From Ginglymostoma cirratum (Eukaryota): a stretch of 64,000 nucleotides of DNA. The first letter of the stretch is position 1, and every line of letters starts with the position of its first letter. Of this stretch, positions 36,420 through 48,489 are shown one piece after another. The translations under genes were made by a program, and so were the position numbers. The notes below the pieces were generated by a model. The model was not told where the DNA came from. It worked only from the letters and a program-made list of their open reading frames with translations, and ran no database searches. The DNA lies in NCBI GenBank assembly GCA_024137785.1, contig JAHRHZ010000058.1, forward strand, positions 18,590,215-18,654,214, in the 5' to 3' direction.

Positions 36420-36860
36420 CATGGATCATGTGTATATTAGACATGGGCAACTGCACCCCCTGTTCAGTTAAATAGAAAATCTTTTGATGTCCTTATCATT
36501 TGCAATTCATCCCAACAGACCTGGTCTATGTGTATCTGGTGCAGAGGGATGTGGGTATATGGGAGGATCTCCTTGTGGGTCTGCTCCTGGGCCTGGCCAG
36601 GCTGGCTATAAACATGTCTATTCAGTTGGCTGTGGAGGAGGTTATTTCTGCTGATTGCCTGCCCCTCTTCTACAGTCCCATTTGTGCCTGGGTGTCCTTG
36701 GAGAGGGAGCGCACAATGTCCATTAATGCTCTTATTGCCTTTAGAGAATGCTCTTAATGCCTTTAGAGAGGTGGGCACCGCAGGGTGTAAAATACGTTAT
36801 CTTCCCCTCCCACTCCATTTTGATTTAGCCCTTTCCCCCTCTCCCTATCTCCCCTCACTG
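36420..36860 (+). mobile_element. Tx1/L1-clade LINE ORF2 C-terminal fragment
   Basis: EDLLVGLLLGLARLAINMSIQLAVEEVISADCLPLFYSPICAWVSLERER resembles Tx1-type ORF2 ends. Confidence 0.6.
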
Positions 36861-37484
36861 CTGATGGTTTGAATTGCCTTTAACAGGTTTTGCATGTAAA
36901 CTATTCAACTGGAAATACGGAAGATTTACTGGTGGTGGTTAATAGATGAAAAGAAAAACACCAGTGATTTGATGATGGGGAGAGAAAAACATTCAGCTGT
37001 GTGTAAGAGCATTTTGGGATATATATAAAAAGAAATTCTGGTTAAAGCCAGCTATCAGAGACTGGTTAGAATGTCTCAGTTGGGCAGCTGGGACGGTGTA
37101 TGAAGTGAGAAGGAGCCCTTTTGGTCTCTTACTTGCACCAGCAGATGACACAGCTTCCACGGTGAAGGATCTTCATTTCAGGTGGATGACCTCCTGATGG
37201 AAGGTCACCATCGGAAACCACTTGCCCACAGGAAGTTGTTGACAGCAACTGCACATTGGGATCATGAACATGTGCCACGGAAGCTGACTTGACAGAATTT
37301 CCTTGGGGTTGAAATGTCCAATGGAGATCTGCCTAGTGTCTGGATAAAAACTGCACAAATTTCAAGGTTATAATTAAACTAACCCCTTCTGAACTACATC
37401 CCCACACCCACCCCCACCTCCCCACCCCCACACCCGCCATTTCGATCCCACCCACCCAGCAGCTCTCATCCTGCCAGCTCTGAC

Positions 37485-38195
37485 CCGATGTCAGATGGTG
37501 GAGGAGTAGGGCTTATGAGCCTGGGGGTCACAACCACACCGTCCACTTTTCCTTTCGTTTCTTTTCTTTATTTTCCTCTTTACTGGTTTTATTTTTCTTT
37601 TCTTCTCATTTATGTTACTTACCTCTCGTTGAACAGCCCGATCACGGAAACAGCATTGGCAGCAGTGAGTGAGCCCAGCGTGGACTTGAGTAGGCTCAGC
37701 AGCATGGTCTTGTGACAATGGCATTGGAGGTGTGCTTGGGTTCCAGGTGGCATCTGAGTCCAACGCAGATTCATGGAGGTGGCAGCAGAAGTGGGTTTGA
37801 GCCAAATAAGATCCTGGTGACATTGGCAGTGGCTGTGTGGGTGAGGTGGGCCCGACATGAAATCATGGCGGCGATGGAATCAAGTTTGTACTGGCGTGGC
37901 ACCCGATGGTGTTGGTGGCATCTGAATTGGCATGGTCCATTGAGGACTCACAGCAGAGAGGGTGTTGGTGGAGGTAAGATGGTGCAGAAGAGGGGTAGCG
38001 TGGTGAAGAGGACTTGTGCCTGGCCAGCAGGCCTATGGCCCATTATGGACCTTTATTTCTTCAATTTTCTGCCTTTACATTCTATGTTTAGGTTTATTTT
38101 TCTGTGTTTTAAGATAGCGCCAGACAGTGATGGCACTGAACAATATTTTTCACTGTATTTTGTAACAAAATATACGTGACAATAAATAAATCAAT
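37485..38195 (+). mobile_element. Non-autonomous retroposon with a ttttcactgta...gtgacaataaa 3' tail
   Basis: 3' end shared with 6805-6992 and similar to 50380-50571. GC-rich body without a coherent ORF. Confidence 0.5.
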
Positions 38196-41100
38196 GATTC
38201 CACCTGATCCACAACCCTGTACCCAGGGTTGATTTCACTTGACTTCATTATGGGCACTCAACAATCCTTGCCCTGGAGTTGACCTAACTCGCCTTGATTC
38301 CTGTTCAGACCAGACTACCCCTGGCCCTGAATCCCATGCCAGAAACCCCATGGATAGCAAAGTCTCCTCACTGGACTCAAACAACACATCCCTGCCCAAT
38401 AGCTCTTCTTGTACCTAGCGCTCCTCCCAGCTTAAACTGACCTGGCTCCAACTCCTGCAGGTTCCAGAGACAACTCTCCAGGTGGACCCCTCTGTTTGTC
38501 CCAAATTCAACCCCATGGTTGGCACCCCAAATAGACACTAAGCACTACCCACTTGCCTGTTACTCAAACCTCTCACCTACCTGCCACCTACTCCCCATCC
38601 ACCTTCCACCTTACCCCTCAACTACCTGATACCCTAATTCCTCATTCACTTGGCACCCTAACCCTTCACCGATGGGGTATGGCCCCTGTCCCTCACTTCT
38701 CTTACACAGAAATGTTGCTCTGCTTGCTGTAGATGCTGTGTGTTTGTCACAAATATGGAAGCCAAGTGACCTGGACACTGACGTGACATGCCACACTGAC
38801 ATAAGGCGCGATGCACCCTCTGTTGACTGAGGACTATTGAACAGCACAGCCACTGCCCGATTGTCTGACTATGCCCTTTGGGGCAGTGCAAGGCAAGGCA
38901 AGGCAGTGCAAAGCATGCATGCTGCTGGCATGCCAGTGAAACCAAGTGAATATGTGCTGAGAGAGCAAAGGAACAGCCCTGGGAGACAGCCTGGCAAAAT
39001 CTGTGAAATGGGTTCCTTTCCCTGTACAGTTACTACCCAATGTAGCCAAAAACTGTTGGACAGTGGTGTGCCCTCCTAGACCAGTCTGCTATTGCACAGT
39101 GCAGTGCCAGTGATTTGGAGGATGCCTGGGTTGTGGCAATGCCTCCCTGAAAGTGGAGTGCCAATGTCCATAGTTGAAGGGTACATGCTGCTGGTGCTGG
39201 TGGATCAAATGGCAGGTTGATCCCGCTGAGAACCTGCTGTGGTTTCTATGTCGAGTTTATCGATGGTGAATTTGTTTCACGAATTTAGTGAGATTGTCGC
39301 CCATGGTGAGTGGACCTGTTAACAAGCTATTCAGCAAGCAATGAAGAACATCATTTGGGAACTCACTGCTCTGTAATGAGAGCCTGGGAAGATTCCACTC
39401 CGAGTTTCCAATCCTGACTGGTGAATGTAAGCCACTAATTCTGCTGGCTCCCCTCAAATGCTGCCTGACCTGCTGAGGATTTCCAACATTTTCTGCTTCT
39501 ATTTCATGTTTCTAGGTTTTATACTATTTAATTATTGATTTGCTGAGAAGTATCAGATTTGCCGACAATGTCACTGATAATTGAACATCGGCTGGCCATT
39601 ACTCATAATCTAAACTCAGGCTTAAAGAATAGTCATGTGGGCAAGACTGTGTGCAGGACTACCGACAATAGAACTTTACACAGTCACAAGAACATCACAA
39701 TAAGAAATTAATGAGAAAAAGTGGTGACCACGGTGATCCCTGGGGAAGTAAGCTTTATTACTGGCTGTATAAATAAAAATCTGTAATATCCTGATATTTA
39801 AGAACAATTTCAATGACTGTGTACCCACTTTATTCTTTCATAATTTCACAAGCTGTCACTGAGGTTCAGGAGCACAGACTGCAAAACAAAAGTTTCATAT
39901 GGGTTATTTATTGTCTTTGACATTTTTACATGCTTTGTGTAGGATTTTTTTTGTTCTTTGTTCTGTTACAGTCGCAAAATAAACTACCACATTGCACTTT
40001 AATGGACTGGTTTAATATTTTTGATTTAATCCTTTTAACAAGTTTTTTCCACGTGGTGATGGAAGTCAACATTACACTGTTCGATTTGCCCTTAGTTTGT
40101 CCCAGATAGTTCAATGGCAATACCACACAGACAATGGGAGCTTGTGTGATATGGACACTAGACTATTGGCCATTTATAGGTAGAGGTACACTGCCTGTTG
40201 GTTGAATAAAAACAAATGATAGTTGTTGTTTATCAATGACTGAAGTAGGTTTCACTTTCTTTTGCATAGAAGGAAAAGTGCTGGCAAATCATAATTTTTT
40301 TATGGTATAATATTAACGTAATAAATTTTGTTTTGTGTGTCTGTGTGTGCTTCTAGCCTCTTAACTGATGACAACGAATGACTGATTGGGGGAAATACTC
40401 TTTAACTAGATGCTAAATCAGCTGAGAGTTTACATTTGTTTTATGCTTAAGGGCTATTTTCTGAAAACATACTGTTTCAGAAAGCCTCGATTATTTCGAA
40501 AAATATTACAGCAATTTGGAATAGATTGGCACAAGATTTTCCATTTGTTATTTCTGTTGAGAGTACGATATGTATTGCCAAAGCAAAATGAAAGTCGGAT
40601 TATTTTGTCAACCAAACTAAGTGGCAGCTAAAACGTTTTTACTTTCAGGGCCTAGAATAGTTCAGCTTTGTATTCAAGGTCATTGCTCTCATTGCTTGCT
40701 TTACCTAAAACTATTTAACATACACTGTACATTATTAGCTATATGCATTTTGTTTTCTAGAGATTAAGTATTAATTACAAATTAAGTGCGACCTACTAGA
40801 ATATTTTTACTCCTTCTTCCATCTTGCAAATCAACTTAATTATCATCAGATTTAAAGATCTGAACATTGTCTTACATCTAAAATTGTAACCTATGATTTG
40901 TCATTAAGAATGATGACTGACCTATGGTTTGTCCCCAGCATTTTTTGCCATTGCTTTAAAGTTTCAATATGTTTAGTTTTTCCCTTTTCACTTGACCCCT
41001 TTTTGATGTGTATTTCATTGTAGGACAATGAATGGATCTGGCTTGACTGTACTGTCTTCAATGGTTGAAAAACCTACCAGGGTCTTGGCAGGCCAGCTTT

Positions 41101-44100
41101 TTGGAGGTGGGGTGATTACTGTGCTCCAATACCTGATGGATGGCAGAATTAAATGTCATACCATTGCTTAGAGCAACACTCACACGGGTTGTTTTAATGT
41201 TAGCAGGCAATAAAATATAATAATGTGCCCAATGATGTTCCAATTCATGTTTCTCATCTCCCAAGAGCCTTTCAAGCGTCCCTCAAAAGTAGTGGAGGAG
41301 GAAGACAAAGACTGCTCTGAGGAGTTCACTCATTCTGATGATGCATGGTCGCACAGAGAAAATGCCAGAAAGTGGATATGAGAAATGTCAGATCTGCCAT
41401 GATCCTATTGAATGGTACAGCAGGTTTGAGGGCCCAAATGGTCTACTCCTTTTCTGATTTCTTTTGGTCTTATAGGACTCAAGCACACCCACCTTCTGTT
41501 CAGAATGATACAGTTAGGTGGGACTGCCAATACAGGTAGATAAGACTCATGTAAAAGTATGTTGCAGTAGACAGGGAGAGGCCCAATTAGAGGGTGCAGG
41601 ACATTCCCCAAACTCTGCTCAACTGGATGCAGATGCTAGAGGTCAAGGATTATTCTGGGTGTGTGAACATGTCTGCAGCACTGCATGATTGGGGAGAGAT
41701 CAGAGAAGTCCTTCTGTAGCATGATAACCATAATGTCTCAGGCCTTCATATTGATATCTACATTCAAGGAAAATGCACCCTCATTTGGGGACCATCAGAA
41801 GTGTTTGCCAGTCTAGAACATTAACCAATGGCTTGCACTGTCAGGATAGAGGGACGCCTTACCTTGGCCATTTGGTATCTCACTGAAATGCAGCAAAATG
41901 CTCTCTGGCTCCTGGCTACCCAAGAAATACAGGCAGGCCTTGTGACAGAAGGTGGAGAAAGCTGACATGGAAGTAGGAAAGTGTGGAATGGCTGGAAGCC
42001 ATTATAATTTTCACCCTTTAATAACCATTCGGTCACAGCATCAGAGGTTACCTGTGTCCTGAAGGTTTTGTTTAGCTCTGTAAAGTTACAGGTGGACGGT
42101 ATTTGACAGGATCCTTCTGACTTCCCAAATTCAGAAGACAGTGTCAAAAACATTTCAGTAGTCAGAGCAGAGATGTGAGCAGCCTGCCACAGAGGGAGCA
42201 TCATGTAAGAATAGTCAAAAAAATGAAAATAATGAATGTTTAATTACACTGGGGAATTCATTTGTGAATCTAACATTGATGTTCTAGTGCAACTTAAATG
42301 TCTCTTGATCATTTCACCACTCTGTTGTCTAGCTTCTTAATTTTTACCTGTTTCCAGCTGGTGATCCTTTGCCTTGTGAAGAAATGTACACCAAGAGTTA
42401 AAGAATAGCAACGTGCATTCATGAAAGTGATAGATTAATGATTGTGGGCCTGTGTATCACACAGAATTCAGAATTTGTGTTCCAGCATCACCTCACTTTA
42501 ACAGAACTGTGCCTGAATCAAGCTGTTCTGGTCATCCTTGAACGTTGTGTCTCCTTTGTTGGCTCTTTCTAGCTCCTTTTCTGGAGAGCAAAGCATTCAA
42601 CACTTTTCTCTTGCTGCACAGCTACTGTCTCTGCTACTCTGTGTTGTACACGGTCCACAGAATCATTCTGAATATCTGGACAGCTATATGGTACTAACGA
42701 GGGCCTTCCAATCTGACCAAGCAATTAATTCGCGTTTTCGCCATCCTGATTGTCTACTCTGTTACAATTCTGGTGCACATATTGATGTTGATTGTACCTT
42801 TCATGGGTATCAGTGTTTGGCCTCCTCACAGGAGTCTTCAGAAGCCCACCTGCGATGTAACATGTAGAATTTATAAATATGCAGTAAACGTTTTATTAAC
42901 CAGCACCAATAGGACCAGGAGTACGCTGGTTGATCGAATATGCAGTTGATCAAAAGATGCACATAATCAATGCAAAAACTAAGGAATAGAAATGTAATGC
43001 AGGGTATACACATCACTTTATTTACAGCATAAACCACTTTAATAATGCAACTTTACCTTAAATAAAATTTACCAGCAGAAAGCCTTCTCTCTCGCACCCT
43101 CAACTGACAACTCAGACAGCATGGTAATTCAGTAAACGTCTGGTATTTCAGGTATATAATTTTTGTTGATTTATTGAGTATGCTAGTTCATAAGGTGCCA
43201 ATTAAAACAAAGTTTGCTATGCATTAATACCATTTCTTTCAGACATTGGATTTTGAACTAGTGGCATGGGGGTTTTAGTCTGTGTGTATTAAAGGGTTTG
43301 ATGATTAACTTGTAAGTATTTCTGGAGCCATGACTTTTTTTTGAAACCAGCATGCGGTTTAAAATCAGTTATAAATCATTTCATTCATCCACACAAAATT
43401 CAGATGTTATTATTTCAAACCCAAAACTAAATGATGCTAAAACATATATAAATCAGCACCTTAGATCAGAATACAACTTAATAGTCACGAGAAAACTCAA
43501 GCGTGTCAATCTTTTTAAATATACTTCAGCCAGACTTTATTCTGAAACCAATATGCGATATGCACCTTTGCTATGATAAAAGTGAGTCCAGTGGAATTTC
43601 AACTTGTTGACACAATGGGAGAGCTGGAGGTGCTGGGCTGGATTTGGCTCAGGTAGCATGTGAAAAACTAGGAAGTCCACAATTACCTGCATGTTATTAA
43701 CTTTTTATTTCAACCAGTTTGAATTTTAGCTCTGATAAGTTTGCTATTTGGAAGTCAGTATGATTGACAGGTTCAGCTTCCAGCTGAGCAGGAAATAGCT
43801 TGGAGGAAGCTGCAAAAACAAGTAAGTTTGATTTCTAAGCTCCAGGAATGTGGCGTGGGAGCAATCAAACCTCGTGAAGGAATTAAAGGTTTAAAGTTTA
43901 AATTCAGTAAGGAGGTTCAATTCCAAAGGGGAGGTTTGAACCAGGGTTTGATTCCTAAGCCCAGCAGTGGCCCAGACCCTGACTTTTCTTCTCCTTGAGG
44001 CTTTCTTCATTTCCCTGCTGATATTAGATTTTCTGAGGCCTGGGGAACACTTCAATCATGTTTAAACCTGAAAAGTAGCTAATTTCCAAGACTTTCAGCC

Positions 44101-45699
44101 ACATGACCATATTTAAAATGTCATCCTATCTCCTAGGACTGTTCCTGGGAGGAGTTAACCAGTGTATTTTATTTTCAGTATAATGTCAGTATAATGTGCT
44201 AAATTCAATGTAGCTAAACAGGATGTGTGTTTATTCTTAAGTCTGTTCCGTGGTCTTAACAGAGACTCAGATACAACATAACTGGATATTAACTACTAAG
44301 TAATAAACTTACTCAGCTTGACTAAACTGAGCCGCACTTCTGCTGAGGGCTTTGTCTGGTTATCCTTCCCACATGGTATCAATAATCTAAACCATACCAA
44401 TAAGAAGAATTGGTGGCAGTGTATCTACTCTAGACACCTCAGCTGGTTTTAGTGGACACAAACCACAACATATCCCACTACCTGGCTTCCTGACACTTTT
44501 GCTGTAATTGTTCACAGTTCCCTTGATTTGGGAATCATTCCTTTAGATTGGACAATTGCACATTTGCGCTGGAAAAGTCAAAGGAGGAAACTAGGACAAT
44601 TCAGAGCAATTAGTCTCGCATCAGAAAATTATAAGGGACTTTAATTAATATAGGAGAAACTGAACAATGTTGTGGTATCAACAGAGACTGATAATTTTCT
44701 GGCAACTTATACTGTAACAAACAAGCTAAAGTCAACATAGAATAAAATGGTACTGAAAAGACAACTGACATATCAAACTACAGAAAAGGTATTTCACCAT
44801 TAATTAATTAATGCAACCAAAAATGCTTTACAACCTATTTGCATATTATGTCACCTGCTTAACTGAGATGTAACCTTTTAGATTAAGTCCCATTTTCCTC
44901 CCAGAGTTTCAGCAAATGTTTCTCCCTGCAGACTAGAGGAAGTCTTCCAATGTCCTTTGAAAACTGTTTCACCTAATCTTCTAAATATGCCCAAATTAAC
45001 TTTCAACAGTAAGGCCCTACCTGACAAATCCTCAGTCCTTAAATTGCCAGTCTGGCATTGTACTTGATGGCTAACACAAAACACTCTATTTCTTGGCTTT
45101 TCACAGCAAACTTGGTTTTCGGTTTCCATGTCTGGGCCTCTAAGCCTGACAGTCAGTGCCTAGAAAGTACAGTGTCAATATATGAAAACTGACACTTGAT
45201 TTTCTATGGTTTGGCTTAGATCTCTTTCTCTATGACATCCAGATCACACGAGTCCTTTTCTAGAAGAGATTTCATGAGATTTTACAATGCCCAATTTCAG
45301 GACATTCAGTAAATAATTGGGTAAGGAAATGCTTTATTTCTGAAACACAAGGAATCATAGCTCAGCTTTACAAAATCCTAATTAAGCTTGGAGTCATACG
45401 AATGGTTCTGGGCAACAAATCCTGAGAAGGAAAAATTTGGTCTTAGAGGAAGCTTCACATGCATTGTGATGAACATAATATATTACTGCAATTTAGGATT
45501 TTTGGTTCCAAAGTGGAGAAAAGGGATTTTAGTTTTGAAAAGGACTTCACTATAGTATTTATAAGCAGTTGTGTGATTTTAGCCAAATGACTGGAAAGCC
45601 ACCTGGGGAGATAATTGCTAAGTTGTTTGCTGACTTCAGTGTATGATTTCCAGTGATAGAGAAGGGTTCATACAGAGTAGAGGTCCATAACAGCTTACC

Positions 45700-48088
45700 A
45701 TAATGTTAAAGATTTGGATGGCAAAGAATTTGTTAAATGTGTTTAAGAAAATTTTCTTTATCAATATGTGGATGCTCCTACTAGAAAAGGAGGAAAACTA
45801 GATTTTTTTGGGGCAACAAGGCAGGGCAGGTGACTGAAGTAAAAGTGGGGGAATACTTTGTGTCTAGTGATCATAATGCTAGTAGTTTCAAAATGGTTAT
45901 GGAAAAGAATAAGCCTTCCATAAAAGTTAAAGTGTTTAATTGAAGGAAGGCAAATTTTAAAGGTATGAGACAAGAACTTGCAAAAGTTGACTGGAGTATA
46001 CTGTTCGCAGGTAAAGGGACGACAGACAATTGCGAGGTGTTCAAGAGCGTGCTGACAAGAGTTCAGAGGCATTATGTTCCTGTTAGAGTGATGGGTGAGG
46101 CTGGTAAGATTAAGGAACAATGGTTGAATAAAGATATTGAGGTTCTAGTCAAGAATAAAAGAGAATCTTATTTTAGATATAGACAACGTTGGTTCAATTG
46201 AATCTATTAATCAAAACAAAGAGTGTAGGGACATTCTTAAGAAAGAAATCAGGAAGGCATAGAGGGATGAGAGATAGCATTGGCGGATAAAGGTAATCCA
46301 AAGAGATTCTGCAAATACATTAAGAGCAAGAGGGTAACTAGAGAGAGGGTAAAGCTCTTGAAATATCAAGGAGGTTGTCTTTGTGTTGAACCTCAGGAGA
46401 TGGGAGAGATAATAAATGAGTATTTTGCATCAGATTTTACTGTGGAGAAAGAAATGGAGTCTAGAGAATGCAGAGAAATAAGTTTTGATGTTTTAGAAAC
46501 AGTTAACACTACAGCAGAGGAAGTTTGGGAGGTCTGAGAGAATATAAAGGTGGATAAACCTCCGGGACCTGAATGTTGTGGGAAGTAAGGGATGAAATTG
46601 CAAGACCCCTTGCAGAAATATTTGCATCATCTATAACTACGAATGAGGTGCCTGAAGGCTGGAAGATGGCTAACGTTTTATCTTTGTTTAAGAAAGGCTG
46701 TAAAGAGAAACCGGGGAGCCGTAGACCTGTGAATCTGTGTGGATAACTTGTTGGAGTTGATTATAAAAGATAGGATTTATGGACATTTAGAAAGGCAAAA
46801 ATTGATTCGGGATAGTCAGCATGGTTTTGTGTGACTCAAATCGTCTCTTACAAATTTGATTGAGTTTTTTGAGAACATTATCAAAAGGATTGATGAGGGC
46901 AGAGAAGTAGGGGGCGTTTACTTGGACTTTAGTAAAGTCTTTGACAAGGTTCCGCATGGTAGACTAATTAGCAAAGCTGGGTAACATGGGATTCAGAGTG
47001 AGCTTGCGAATCTGATACATAATTGGCTTAATGGCAGGAGACAGAGAGTAATGGAGGAGGGTTGTTTTTCGGACTGGAGGCCTGTGAACAGTAGTGTTCC
47101 ACATGGATCAGTTCTGGGTCCTCATTTGTTTGTCATTTATATAAATGATTTGGATGAGAATATAGAAAGCACAGTTAGTACATTTGTGAACGACACCAAA
47201 ACTGGTGGCATAGTAGACAGTGAAGAAGGTGTACTAAGATTACAAAGGGATCTTGATCAAATGGTTCAATGGTTTGAAAAATGGCAGATGGATTTCATTC
47301 TGGATAAATGCAATGTATTGCATTTTGGTACAATAAAGAAGGGTAGGTCTTACACAATTAATGGTAGGGCCTTGGGTAATGTCCTTGAACAGAGGGACCT
47401 AGGGGTGCAGGTATATAATTCTTTGAAGTTTCCTTCACATATAAATGGGGTGATTAAAAAGGTGTTTGGCACACTTGCCTCCACTGCTCAGTCCTTTGAG
47501 CATAGGAGTTGGGAAGTCATGTTAAGGTTGTGCAGGACATTGGTGAGGCCTCCTCTGTGTTCAGTTCTGGTTGCTCAGTTATTGGAAGGATATTATCAAG
47601 TCGGAGATGGTTCAGAAGAGATCTACTACGATGGTGCTAGGTATGGAAAGTTTGAGTTATGAAGGAAGGCTGGATAGGCTACAACTTTTACATTGGAGTG
47701 TAGAAGGTTGAGAGGTAACCTTGTAGATGTTTATAAAATAATGAGGGGTATAGATAGAGTTAGTGGTAGTTGTCTTTTCCCTAGGTTGGGGTATTTCATG
47801 ATTGGGGATACAGTTTTAAAGTTAAAGCAGAAAGATTTAGAAATGACGAGGGGGAAATGCTTTACACAGCGGGTAGTTTGCGTCTGGAATGAACTTCCTG
47901 AGGAAATGGTGGATGAGGGCACAGATACATCATTTAAAAGACATTTGAATAAGTACATGAATAGGAAAAACTTGGAGGATATGGGCCAGGAGCATGCAGG
48001 CGGGACTAGTTTAGTTTGGGATTATGTACGGCATGGACTGGTTGAAACGAAGGGTCTATTTCCATGCTGCATGGCTGTATGACTCTAT
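45700..48088 (+). mobile_element. CR1 LINE, about 2.4 kb, 5'-truncated, decayed ORF2
   Basis: ORFs 45965-48082: KGNPKRFCKYIKSKR, VPHGSVLGPHLFVIYINDLD, TFVNDTK, RRLRGNLVDVYKIM, FTQRVVCVWNELP. Ends in a gactctat tail. Confidence 0.92.
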
Positions 48089-48489
48089 AATAACAGAGCT
48101 GCTGTTATTTATGATCATCAAGCTGTCAAACTGGGGAGATGTCCTGACAATAAGACTTACAAATGCAAATGTGTGGAGGTTCAGCGTGGAAGATGCCTTT
48201 GCATTTAAGGTACCTTTAAAAATACATAATGTGTGGAGTCAACAATTTGTTATAAGGGACTCAAGGAGAGATATCATTTGAAGGAAATAACATTCAATGA
48301 ATCTGCGGCGATTGGCCAAGAGGAAAAAATTACAGCCTTGTCAACTGAGCAAGAAGCTTTAGCATAGGAATAGGGTTGAACTGAGGTTTAACTCTGAACT
48401 GAGGTTTGAGTGTCTGTGAGGATATTACTGGGGTAAAAGGAATGAACCTTCCTTTCTGGTGTTTGTATTGAGATTGCTTCAGTAGTTAT

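Noticed and set aside
37488-39079. Cluster of overlapping GC-rich ORFs
   Set aside because: They fall within repeat-derived sequence, with no domain similarity or splice structure.
42538-43037. Exon-like stretch with open frames on both strands (minus GLLKTPVRRPNTDTH...*, plus hydrophobic LIRVFAILIVYSV...)
   Set aside because: No recognisable homology, no partner exons, short frames bounded by stops.
47051-48082. 203-aa and 129-aa ORFs as an active reverse transcriptase
   Set aside because: Frameshifted, 5'-truncated CR1 with the catalytic FADD degraded to FVND.
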